Below are positions 1 to 5,375 of a DNA stretch of 6,043 bases, in pieces. Origin of the DNA: a virus. Taxonomy: Duplodnaviria > Heunggongvirae > Uroviricota > Caudoviricetes. Positions within the stretch are counted from its first letter, which is position 1. Each line of letters opens with the position of its first letter. The notes under the pieces are model-generated. The model did not search any database. It had not been told where the DNA came from and saw only the letters and a program-made list of their open reading frames with translations. Made by a program: the position numbers and the translations under genes. The stretch is taken from IMG/VR virus record IMGVR_UViG_2737471819_000031, positions 1 to 6,043 of that record. One strand, 5' to 3'.

Positions 1-201
1 ATGACTACGACTATTGATAAAAATCAATGGTGTGGACAATTCAAGCGATGCAATGGATGCAAGCTGCAATCGGAATGCATGGTTAAGCCTGAAGAAATGT
101 TTCCTGTAATGGAAGATGGGAAATATGTCGATAAATGGGCAATACGAACGACGGCAATGATTGCCAGAGAACTTGGTAAACAGAACTACAAGGCTGCCTG
201 A
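1..201 (+). CDS. ral: Ral-like restriction-alleviation protein (66 aa)
   Basis: Complete 201-nt ORF starting at window position 1. The protein (MTTTIDKNQWCGQFKRCNGCKLQSEC...) matches my recollection of phage lambda Ral in sequence and length, has four Cys in the N-terminal third, and lies upstream of a cIII-like gene as in lambda. Identity is from memory and not verified. Confidence 0.55.
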   Translation: MTTTIDKNQWCGQFKRCNGCKLQSECMVKPEEMFPVMEDGKYVDKWAIRTTAMIARELGKQNYKAA

Positions 202-218
202 TGGTGGCCTTTATTTTT
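190..218 (+). terminator. Intrinsic terminator with the ral stop codon in the hairpin loop
   Basis: RNA stem AAGGCUGCC / GGUGGCCUU (9 bp including two G-U pairs), loop UGAU containing the TGA stop at 199..201, followed by UAUUUUUG. Confidence 0.5.
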
Positions 219-259
219 GTCCGTAAATAATTTCATGCTTATTACAATCAAGGTGATAT

Positions 260-709
260 ATGGAAGAACAAGCAAACAAGATTCTCGTAGAACTACTGCA
301 AAAAGCCAGCAATGGAATAGATGCTGCTGTTTCATTTAGCCAAGCACAGATTCCTGATGTTGTTCATCAGTTGCTGCTATGGAATATGGTTGACAGTCTG
401 ATTAAAACATTAATAGCCATTCTAACAATCCCACTGGTTTTCTGGTTTATGAAGAAGCAGTGCCAAAGAGTTGAGACAGGTAAAATCGGTGATGAAGGAT
501 ACTCATGGGAGAGGGGAAATCCCAAATACAGGCCGACAATGGTTTGGGATAGCAAAGGAGATGTTAACCTTCTTATCATGCCATTGGTTGGAGTTTTGAC
601 TCTGTGGGGGATTTTTATTATTGGTGTAGTAACCAATATGACTTGGTTAAAAATTTGGCTGGCCCCAAAACTTTACCTTATCGAATATGCAGCATCATTG
701 GTTAAGTAA
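260..709 (+). CDS. Small two-TM inner-membrane protein of unknown function (149 aa)
   Basis: ORF with SD-like AAGGTG 4-5 nt upstream of the ATG. Two strongly hydrophobic segments (LIKTLIAILTIPLVFWFM and LLIMPLVGVLTLWGIFIIGVVT) flank a charged ~40-aa loop. Terminators lie on both sides. Confidence 0.6.
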   Translation: MEEQANKILVELLQKASNGIDAAVSFSQAQIPDVVHQLLLWNMVDSLIKTLIAILTIPLVFWFMKKQCQRVETGKIGDEGYSWERGNPKYRPTMVWDSKGDVNLLIMPLVGVLTLWGIFIIGVVTNMTWLKIWLAPKLYLIEYAASLVK

Positions 710-713
710 TTTC

Positions 714-740
714 AGGCCGCATAGTCGGCCTTTATTTTTG
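714..740 (+). terminator. Intrinsic terminator
   Basis: Perfect 6-bp stem AGGCCG / CGGCCT with 6-nt loop, followed by TTATTTTTGG, 5 nt after the stop of ORF 260..709. Confidence 0.65.
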
Positions 741-768
741 GCATAAACAACAGAATAAATACTGCACT

Positions 769-796
769 GTGTATTCATTCCAACGAGTGAATACAC
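769..796 (+). repeat. Perfect 9-bp inverted repeat (GTGTATTCA-N10-TGAATACAC)
   Basis: Arms are exact reverse complements with a 10-nt spacer, in the non-coding stretch between the membrane-protein terminator and the cIII-like gene. Could be a protein-binding site or RNA hairpin; function unknown. Confidence 0.45.
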
Positions 797-858
797 GGAG
801 CAATGTCGCTCGTAACTAAACAGGAGCCGACTTGTTCTGATTATTGGAAATCTTCTTT

Positions 859-884
859 GCCCTCCAGTGTGAGGGCCTTTTTAT
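859..884 (+). terminator. Intrinsic terminator
   Basis: 6-bp stem GCCCTC / GAGGGC with 6-nt loop followed by CTTTTTATAT; only the + strand gives a U-tract. Confidence 0.5.
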
Positions 885-948
885 ATGCATACCAATAATG
901 CTTCACCAGAGGCATTTTCGTTATGCAATCAAACAGAAGGAGCATCCT

Positions 949-1119
949 ATGCAACAGTTCGCTATTGCAGGGGCGGCATCGGTTCGCCCTTTCAACCCGA
1001 TTTTATCGGTACAGCATTCACGAAAAAACATTTTAACCGGAGCAGACTTTAAACAACCAAGAATGAAAAGTTTGCTCGAAAAGCTTTGGGATATTTTGAA
1101 ACAACAAGGCCGTCCATGA
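949..1119 (+). CDS. cIII: CIII-like protein (56 aa; FtsH-inhibitor family in lambda)
   Basis: Strong SD AAGGAG 6 nt upstream of ATG 949. N-terminus MQQFAIAG resembles lambda CIII MQYAIAG as I recall it; C-terminal SLLEKLWDILKQQG resembles the CIII amphipathic region; size and position fit. The longer six-frame ORF from 844 lacks an SD and spans the terminator at 859..884. Confidence 0.5.
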   Translation: MQQFAIAGAASVRPFNPILSVQHSRKNILTGADFKQPRMKSLLEKLWDILKQQGRP

Positions 1120-1286
1120 GTTTTACAGATAACTGGTCAGACGAAGAATTCATTCGTCAGATGAAAGAATTAATCGGTAGCGAAGGAGATATTCATGTCA
1201 CTTGCAACCACAGTGAAGGAGAGCAAGTTACAGAGACGCATGTACACGCAGCAGGCGTTAATGTATCGCCAGAAGGGAGATCGTGA
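1116..1286 (+). CDS. Hypothetical small acidic protein (56 aa) at the kil position
   Basis: ATG 1116 overlaps the cIII-like stop as ATGA (translational coupling) with a weak AAGG SD 6 nt upstream. Sequence not recognised; 'kil position' is by synteny only. Confidence 0.35.
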   Translation: MSFTDNWSDEEFIRQMKELIGSEGDIHVTCNHSEGEQVTETHVHAAGVNVSPEGRS

Positions 1287-1365
1287 AGGTGTTCGCGTAT
1301 TTTTAAATGCGGCAAAGACTGAAGTATTAAATCAGCGTTATTTACTTGGGTCATGTCCATTCTGA
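1240..1365 (+). CDS. Hypothetical small protein (41 aa, or 34 aa from ATG 1261) just upstream of erf
   Basis: ORF below the six-frame track threshold (MYTQQALMYRQKGDREGVRVFLNAAKTEVLNQRYLLGSCPF). It fills the otherwise non-coding 1287..1375 gap and ends 10 nt before the erf start. It overlaps ORF 1116..1286 in another frame and the SD is weak, so one of the two may be spurious. Confidence 0.3.
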   Translation: MYTQQALMYRQKGDREGVRVFLNAAKTEVLNQRYLLGSCPF

Positions 1366-1375
1366 GAACAATCAT

Positions 1376-1981
1376 ATGAGCAAAGAATTTTACGCAAGAC
1401 TGGCAGCTATTCAGGAGAATCTGAACGCGCCAAAGAACCAATACAACTCATTCGGCAAATATAAATACAGAAGCTGCGAAGACATTCTTGAGGGTGTTAA
1501 GCCGTTACTGAATGGCCTGTTTTTATCAATCAGCGATGAAGTTGTGTTGATTGGTGATCGGTATTACGTGAAAGCCACGGCAACTATTACCGATGGCGAA
1601 AACAGTCATACGGCAACCGCACTAGCACGAGAGGAAGAAAGCAAGAAAGGAATGGATTCTGCACAAGTTACGGGAGCTACAAGCTCTTATGCACGTAAGT
1701 ATTGCCTCAATGGTTTGTTCGGCATTGATGATGCGAAAGATGCAGATACAGACGAGCATAAACATCAGCAGAACGCAGCAGCAAAGCAATCAAAACCATC
1801 ACCTACACCTGAACAGGTTCTAAAAGCATTCACTGACGCAGCAATGCAGAAAAACACCGTAGAAGAGCTTAAACAGGCGTTCGCCAAAGCGTGGAAGATG
1901 CTCGAAGGCACACCGGAGCAGCACAAAGCGCAGGACGTTTACAACATCAGACGAGACGAATTAGAAGGAGCGGCTGCTTAA
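1376..1981 (+). CDS. erf: Erf-family single-strand annealing protein (201 aa)
   Basis: Protein from ATG 1376 begins MSKEFYARLAAIQENLNAPKNQYNSFGKYKYRSCEDILEGVKPLL, which matches the P22 Erf N-terminal domain as I recall it; length is close to P22 Erf (~204 aa). The six-frame ORF starts 30 nt earlier at 1346, but neither start has a strong SD; 1376 is chosen on the homology. Confidence 0.75.
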   Translation: MSKEFYARLAAIQENLNAPKNQYNSFGKYKYRSCEDILEGVKPLLNGLFLSISDEVVLIGDRYYVKATATITDGENSHTATALAREEESKKGMDSAQVTGATSSYARKYCLNGLFGIDDAKDADTDEHKHQQNAAAKQSKPSPTPEQVLKAFTDAAMQKNTVEELKQAFAKAWKMLEGTPEQHKAQDVYNIRRDELEGAAA

Positions 1982-2364
1982 TGGCACATTCGATTACTGT
2001 AAGACTAAACAAGCCCGCAAGAGAGTTTCAGGGCGGGGAAAATATCGGATTCAACATCCGTGCTGGCGTTCAGTATTACGATCGCCAGACAAAAAAGAAA
2101 GAATGGACAAACTACAGCGCCGTTGTATTTGCCAAGCCGGGAGCGCAAGCGGATTACTACCGTAGTGTTCTTGTTGAAGGTGGCATTGTAGAAATTACCG
2201 GAGAAAACATCAGGGTTGATGTTTATCAGGGGCAAAATGGTCAATCAATCACTCTTGAATTACTGAATGCAAAGATTGGATTTGCAACTTCAGGAAACAG
2301 CCAACAGCAGCAAAGTAGCAATCATCAAAATCATCCTGAATATGACGATTCCATCCCATTCTGA
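1981..2364 (+). CDS. ssb: Phage single-stranded DNA-binding protein, SSB-like (127 aa)
   Basis: ATG 1981 overlaps the erf stop (TAATG) with AGGAG upstream. C-terminus ...EYDDSIPF is the acidic SSB tail (E. coli SSB ends DDDIPF). The core EWTNYSAVVFAKPGAQADYYRSVLVEGGIVEITGE parallels the E. coli SSB OB-fold segment [31 protein letters not shown]. A Gln-rich linker precedes the tail. Confidence 0.7.
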   Translation: MAHSITVRLNKPAREFQGGENIGFNIRAGVQYYDRQTKKKEWTNYSAVVFAKPGAQADYYRSVLVEGGIVEITGENIRVDVYQGQNGQSITLELLNAKIGFATSGNSQQQQSSNHQNHPEYDDSIPF

Positions 2365-2387
2365 TTTAGAAAAATAAGGATTTAATT

Positions 2388-2684
2388 ATGCCAGCGCCTT
2401 TGTATGGTGCGGATGACGCGCGCCGCTGTTCCGGCAATTCCGTATCGGAGGTGCTGGATAAATTCAGAAAAAACTACGACCTGATAATGTCGCTACCGCA
2501 GGAAACGAAAGAGGAAAAGGAGTTTCGCCACTGTATATGGCTTGCAGAGAAAGAAGAACGCGAGCGAATTTGCCAGACATCAATCCGACCATTCCGCAAA
2601 GCCACATATACCCACTTCCCTGAATATATCGACCCGCGCCTGCGTAATTACCGCTCACGCTATGGCGCTATCAGTAATGACTGA
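2388..2684 (+). CDS. Hypothetical protein (98 aa)
   Basis: SD AAGGA 7 nt upstream of ATG 2388. Basic/acidic soluble protein, not recognised. Confidence 0.55.
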   Translation: MPAPLYGADDARRCSGNSVSEVLDKFRKNYDLIMSLPQETKEEKEFRHCIWLAEKEERERICQTSIRPFRKATYTHFPEYIDPRLRNYRSRYGAISND

Positions 2685-2694
2685 GGAATTTACC

Positions 2695-2859
2695 ATGAGA
2701 GGACTTGCATACAATCCCGGCATTCTTCCGGCAGAAATGATTATTCGCCAACGCGTAAAGCCAATGCCATCGAGAGAGGAATTGCTTAAGAGAAACTCGT
2801 TTCCATCAGTGAATCAAAACAAATATCTGAATGCGATGTGGCGGAGTGGGAAGAAATGA
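2695..2859 (+). CDS. Hypothetical small basic protein (54 aa)
   Basis: SD GAGGAA 5 nt upstream of ATG 2695. The longer six-frame ORF from 2542 would overlap the preceding gene by 143 nt and lacks an SD, so the internal start is preferred. Stop overlaps the next start (ATGA). Confidence 0.45.
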   Translation: MRGLAYNPGILPAEMIIRQRVKPMPSREELLKRNSFPSVNQNKYLNAMWRSGKK

Positions 2860-3371
2860 AACAAATGACACTAATTGAGATGGATGGATTTCTGAAAGGT
2901 AAATGCATCCCATGTGATTTAAAGGTTAACGAAACAAATGCTGAATATCTGGTGCGTAAATTTGCTGAAGCGGAGGCCAAGATTTTGGCTCTGTCCGAAG
3001 ACCAACAGAAAGCGATTGAGTCAATTAAGCAGGCTGATGCAGCTGTTAAGTTGGCACACGAGAAGTTTTCGGCGCTGGCGGCGGAGAATGCGGGGCTGAA
3101 GTCTGGCGCTATGGACGAAATCAAGGTTATCAACCGTGGAGGTCAGGCATATTGCGTAAAAGATGGAGTGCAAGTTAATCCCATGTATGCAAGAGGGTGG
3201 AATGACTATCGCGCAAAGTCTCTGCAATCAGACACCCCAGCCACCGATGCTTTCCTGGCTGATGTACGGGCACAGGGGGTAGAGATGTTTGCTGACCATC
3301 TGTTGTGCCCAGACCTTGATGACACTATCCGTGACTTTGCTGCCCAGCTTCGCAAAGGAGTGCGGTCATGA
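2856..3371 (+). CDS. Hypothetical protein with central coiled-coil region (171 aa)
   Basis: ATG 2856 overlaps the upstream stop (ATGA); GGAG 9 nt upstream. Ala/Glu/Lys-rich predicted helical segment ([47 protein letters not shown]). Six-frame start at 2838 is also possible. Confidence 0.5.
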   Translation: MKQMTLIEMDGFLKGKCIPCDLKVNETNAEYLVRKFAEAEAKILALSEDQQKAIESIKQADAAVKLAHEKFSALAAENAGLKSGAMDEIKVINRGGQAYCVKDGVQVNPMYARGWNDYRAKSLQSDTPATDAFLADVRAQGVEMFADHLLCPDLDDTIRDFAAQLRKGVRS

Positions 3372-4045
3372 GCAACATCGACAAACGCGCATTACGTCAT
3401 AGCGCAGAAAGCATAATCGGCATTCTGGAAAACATTGCCGGGTTCGAACCATCTGATATCGACGGCGACTCTGTAGAGCTCCGCTTTGAAACTGAGGACG
3501 GTTTCGATACTGGTTGTGACGTTAGCATTGTTGACCAGTGCCAGAAAACCGCTGATGTAGTTCGGGCGATGCTGGATGAGCTGGAAAGAAACCAGCAGTA
3601 CATCAAATCCCGCGACCAGGAGAACGAGGATATTGCGCTAACGGTAGGGAAGCTGCGTGTTGAGCTGGAAGCCGCAGAGAACAACCTTATTGATAGTGAG
3701 TGCCATGTTGCTGAACTGGAAGAAGCGCTACGCGATAAGCAGGCGTTACTTGAAGCATCAGAGAAGCGCATAGCAGAACTGGAAGCTCGGGAAATAAAAC
3801 CAGCCAAAGGTGAAGTTCTTGTCGTTGTTTCTGGTTTTACTGGTTGCGGAAAAAGCGCCATTGCCGGGGAAATAGAAATCGCGATGAAGGCTATTGGTGT
3901 ACCGGTTCAGTGGACTAATGGCGATGCGGAAAAGCGCATGACAGGAGCTGACTGGCTGACAGCGATTGAGATGTACAAACCAACAGTGCGCATCGTGGAA
4001 GTTAATGTGCCACGCGCCGCTGGCATTCGCATCAAAGGAGAGTGA
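3368..4045 (+). CDS. Ead/Ea22-like coiled-coil protein (225 aa)
   Basis: ATGA overlap with the upstream stop; SD AAGGAG 7 nt upstream. N-terminal [10 protein letters not shown]..., a long heptad-like acidic coiled coil ending ...EKRIAELEAREIK and C-terminus ...AAGIRIKGE resemble Ea22-like proteins of enterobacterial lambdoid prophages as I recall them. Synteny fits (between recombination genes and xis). Confidence 0.5.
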   Translation: MSNIDKRALRHSAESIIGILENIAGFEPSDIDGDSVELRFETEDGFDTGCDVSIVDQCQKTADVVRAMLDELERNQQYIKSRDQENEDIALTVGKLRVELEAAENNLIDSECHVAELEEALRDKQALLEASEKRIAELEAREIKPAKGEVLVVVSGFTGCGKSAIAGEIEIAMKAIGVPVQWTNGDAEKRMTGADWLTAIEMYKPTVRIVEVNVPRAAGIRIKGE

Positions 4046-4046
4046 T

Positions 4047-4547
4047 ATGACCACTATTACCAAAGAGCGACTGCTGACAATCAGGCAGTGGCGCGAAACA
4101 TACGGACCTGGTAGCAACGTTGTACTGCCAGCAGAAGAAGCGGAAGAACTGGCACGGATTGCTCTGGCATCGCTGGAAGCAGAACCGGTGGCGTGGAAGG
4201 TAACTTTCACGCAAATTGACCGTGAATATAACACGTTCACTGGTATGTATTCTGACAAAGCAGAAGTCGAACGGTGGGTGCGGCTGCATAAAGCATGTAA
4301 TTTTCTGGCAGATATAACACCGCTTTATACCGCCAAGCCAGTGCCGGTAACTCCGGATGGTTGGATAAGCTGTAGTGAGCGAATGCCGGATAAGTTAATT
4401 CCGGTAATGGTCATGTATGAAGACGGTGAGATGTGGTCTGCAATGTGGAATGGCAATCGCTGGGATGATGGCACCGAATATCCGGATCCGCACTCAGTTA
4501 CGCACTGGTGTGAAATGCCAGCAGCACCGCAGCAGGAGGTGAAGTGA
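4047..4547 (+). CDS. DUF551-like phage protein (166 aa)
   Basis: SD AAGGAG 6 nt upstream of ATG 4047, which lies 1 nt after the upstream stop. C-terminal region WISCSERMPDKLIPVMV...WDDGTEYPDPHSVTHWCEMPAAP matches the DUF551 signature (W-I-S-x-x-D-R-L-P ... V-T-H-W-M-P-L-P) common in the ead region of lambdoid prophages. Confidence 0.6.
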   Translation: MTTITKERLLTIRQWRETYGPGSNVVLPAEEAEELARIALASLEAEPVAWKVTFTQIDREYNTFTGMYSDKAEVERWVRLHKACNFLADITPLYTAKPVPVTPDGWISCSERMPDKLIPVMVMYEDGEMWSAMWNGNRWDDGTEYPDPHSVTHWCEMPAAPQQEVK

Positions 4548-4831
4548 TGGACTCCTTCGCGAAATATACGATTATTGACTGGATAGCATTCCTTCAGGTT
4601 TTGCTCATCTGGTTTTATATGGCTTACAGGAGTGGGCAGTGGATTGTCAGTGTAGCCTGTAGCAAGGGATGGCGTTGGTGGAACCGAAAGAATAAAAAAG
4701 CGCTGGCCTTGGATTCGTTTTACGAAGCATTCAATCTTAACAGCCTTCAGCCTGGTTCTGTCATTGTTGTCACCACTCAAAGCGGCATGACGATACAAAT
4801 TCACAAGCCAAAGGAGGAAGGTCGTGGCTAA
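4547..4831 (+). CDS. Hypothetical small protein with N-terminal hydrophobic helix (94 aa)
   Basis: ATG 4547 shares one base with the DUF551 stop (TGATG); SD AGGAGG 8 nt upstream (six-frame start is GTG 4544). N-terminal IIDWIAFLQVLLIWFYMAY is TM-like, followed by a Trp/Arg-rich stretch (KGWRWWNRKNKK). Confidence 0.5.
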   Translation: MDSFAKYTIIDWIAFLQVLLIWFYMAYRSGQWIVSVACSKGWRWWNRKNKKALALDSFYEAFNLNSLQPGSVIVVTTQSGMTIQIHKPKEEGRG

Positions 4832-5108
4832 CCTGCAACTTGCCGTAAAAGGTGAATACTTCGATGCCATGATTCGCAGAGAGAAAACGGAAGAGTATCG
4901 CCTGTGTAATGACTATTGGAATAAGCGCCTCATTAACCGTAAGTATGACCGCCTGATTATCACAAAGGGATATCCGAAGCGCGACGACTCCAGCCGCAGA
5001 ATTGATGTTCCGTATGACGGATATGAAATCAAGACAATCACACATCCCCACTTCGGCGATAAACCGGTAAAGGTATACGCGATAAAGGTGAATATCGGCA
5101 ATGAATAA
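4824..5108 (+). CDS. ASCH/PUA-like small protein (94 aa), GTG start
   Basis: GTG 4824 is preceded by a near-perfect SD AAGGAGG at 6-nt spacing and overlaps the upstream gene by 8 nt. N-terminal KGEYFDAMIRREKTEEYRL fits the ASCH pattern (compare E. coli YqfB FQDDILAGRKTITIRD as I recall it). Family call is tentative. Confidence 0.5.
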   Translation: MANLQLAVKGEYFDAMIRREKTEEYRLCNDYWNKRLINRKYDRLIITKGYPKRDDSSRRIDVPYDGYEIKTITHPHFGDKPVKVYAIKVNIGNE

Positions 5109-5112
5109 CAAT

Positions 5113-5137
5113 CCTCGCACTCGCGGGGATTTCTTTT
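5113..5137 (+). terminator. Intrinsic terminator ending the coupled gene run
   Basis: RNA stem CCUCGC / GCGGGG (6 bp, one G-U) with loop ACUC, followed by AUUUCUUUUAUC, 5 nt after the stop at 5108. Confidence 0.45.
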
Positions 5138-5180
5138 ATCTGAACTCGCTACGGCGGGTTTTGCTTTATGGAGATGATAA

Positions 5181-5348
5181 ATGCACTTCCGAGTCACAGG
5201 TGAATGGAATGGAGAGCCATTCAACAGAGTTATCGAAGCGGAGAACATCAACGACTGCTACGACCACTGGATGATATGGGCGCAGATAGCACATGCAGAC
5301 GTAACCAATATTCGAATTGAAGAACTGAAAGAACACCAAGCCGCCTGA
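5181..5348 (+). CDS. Hypothetical small protein (55 aa), absent from the six-frame track
   Basis: ATG 5181 with GGAG 7 nt upstream; translation MHFRVTGEWNGEPFNRVIEAENINDCYDHWMIWAQIAHADVTNIRIEELKEHQAA. Its TGA stop sits in the loop of the terminator at 5341..5361. The antisense six-frame ORF 5166..5372 has no such signals. Confidence 0.5.
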   Translation: MHFRVTGEWNGEPFNRVIEAENINDCYDHWMIWAQIAHADVTNIRIEELKEHQAA

Positions 5349-5361
5349 TGGCGGTTTTTTT
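5341..5361 (+). terminator. Intrinsic terminator with a stop codon in the hairpin loop
   Basis: Stem CCGCC / GGCGG with loop TGAT (TGA stop at 5346..5348), followed by a 7-T tract. Confidence 0.65.
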
Positions 5362-5375
5362 ATTGGAGACAAGAA

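Noticed and set aside
217-245. Possible sigma70 promoter TTGTCC-N17-TATTAC for the membrane-protein gene
   Set aside because: Both hexamers are weak (4/6 each). The implied transcription start would fall in or next to the SD at 250..255, leaving almost no leader. Transcription by readthrough or antitermination from upstream is as likely; kept only as a hypothesis.
844-1119. Long 91-aa version of the cIII-like ORF starting at 844
   Set aside because: There is no SD at 844 and this start would translate through the terminator hairpin at 859..884. The internal ATG 949 has a strong AAGGAG and gives the conserved MQ-FAIAG N-terminus.
1891-2364. 157-aa version of the SSB ORF starting at 1891 (also long versions at 2542, 3966 and 4544-GTG)
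   Set aside because: These upstream extensions would overlap the preceding gene by 80-150 nt in another frame and lack SD sequences. Internal starts with an SD and stop/start coupling (1981, 2695, 4047, 4547) fit better.
3397-3861. 154-aa minus-strand ORF, Ser-rich
   Set aside because: It is antisense to the well-supported Ea22-like coiled-coil gene. Its Ser/Ala/Phe-rich low-complexity translation is the usual antisense image of GAA/GAG/GCN-rich coiled-coil codons, and it has no SD or coupling.
4325-4870. 181-aa minus-strand ORF
   Set aside because: It is antisense to the DUF551-like gene and to the coupled 4547..4831 gene, both of which have strong SD sequences and overlaps with neighbours. 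No start-site signals were seen for it.
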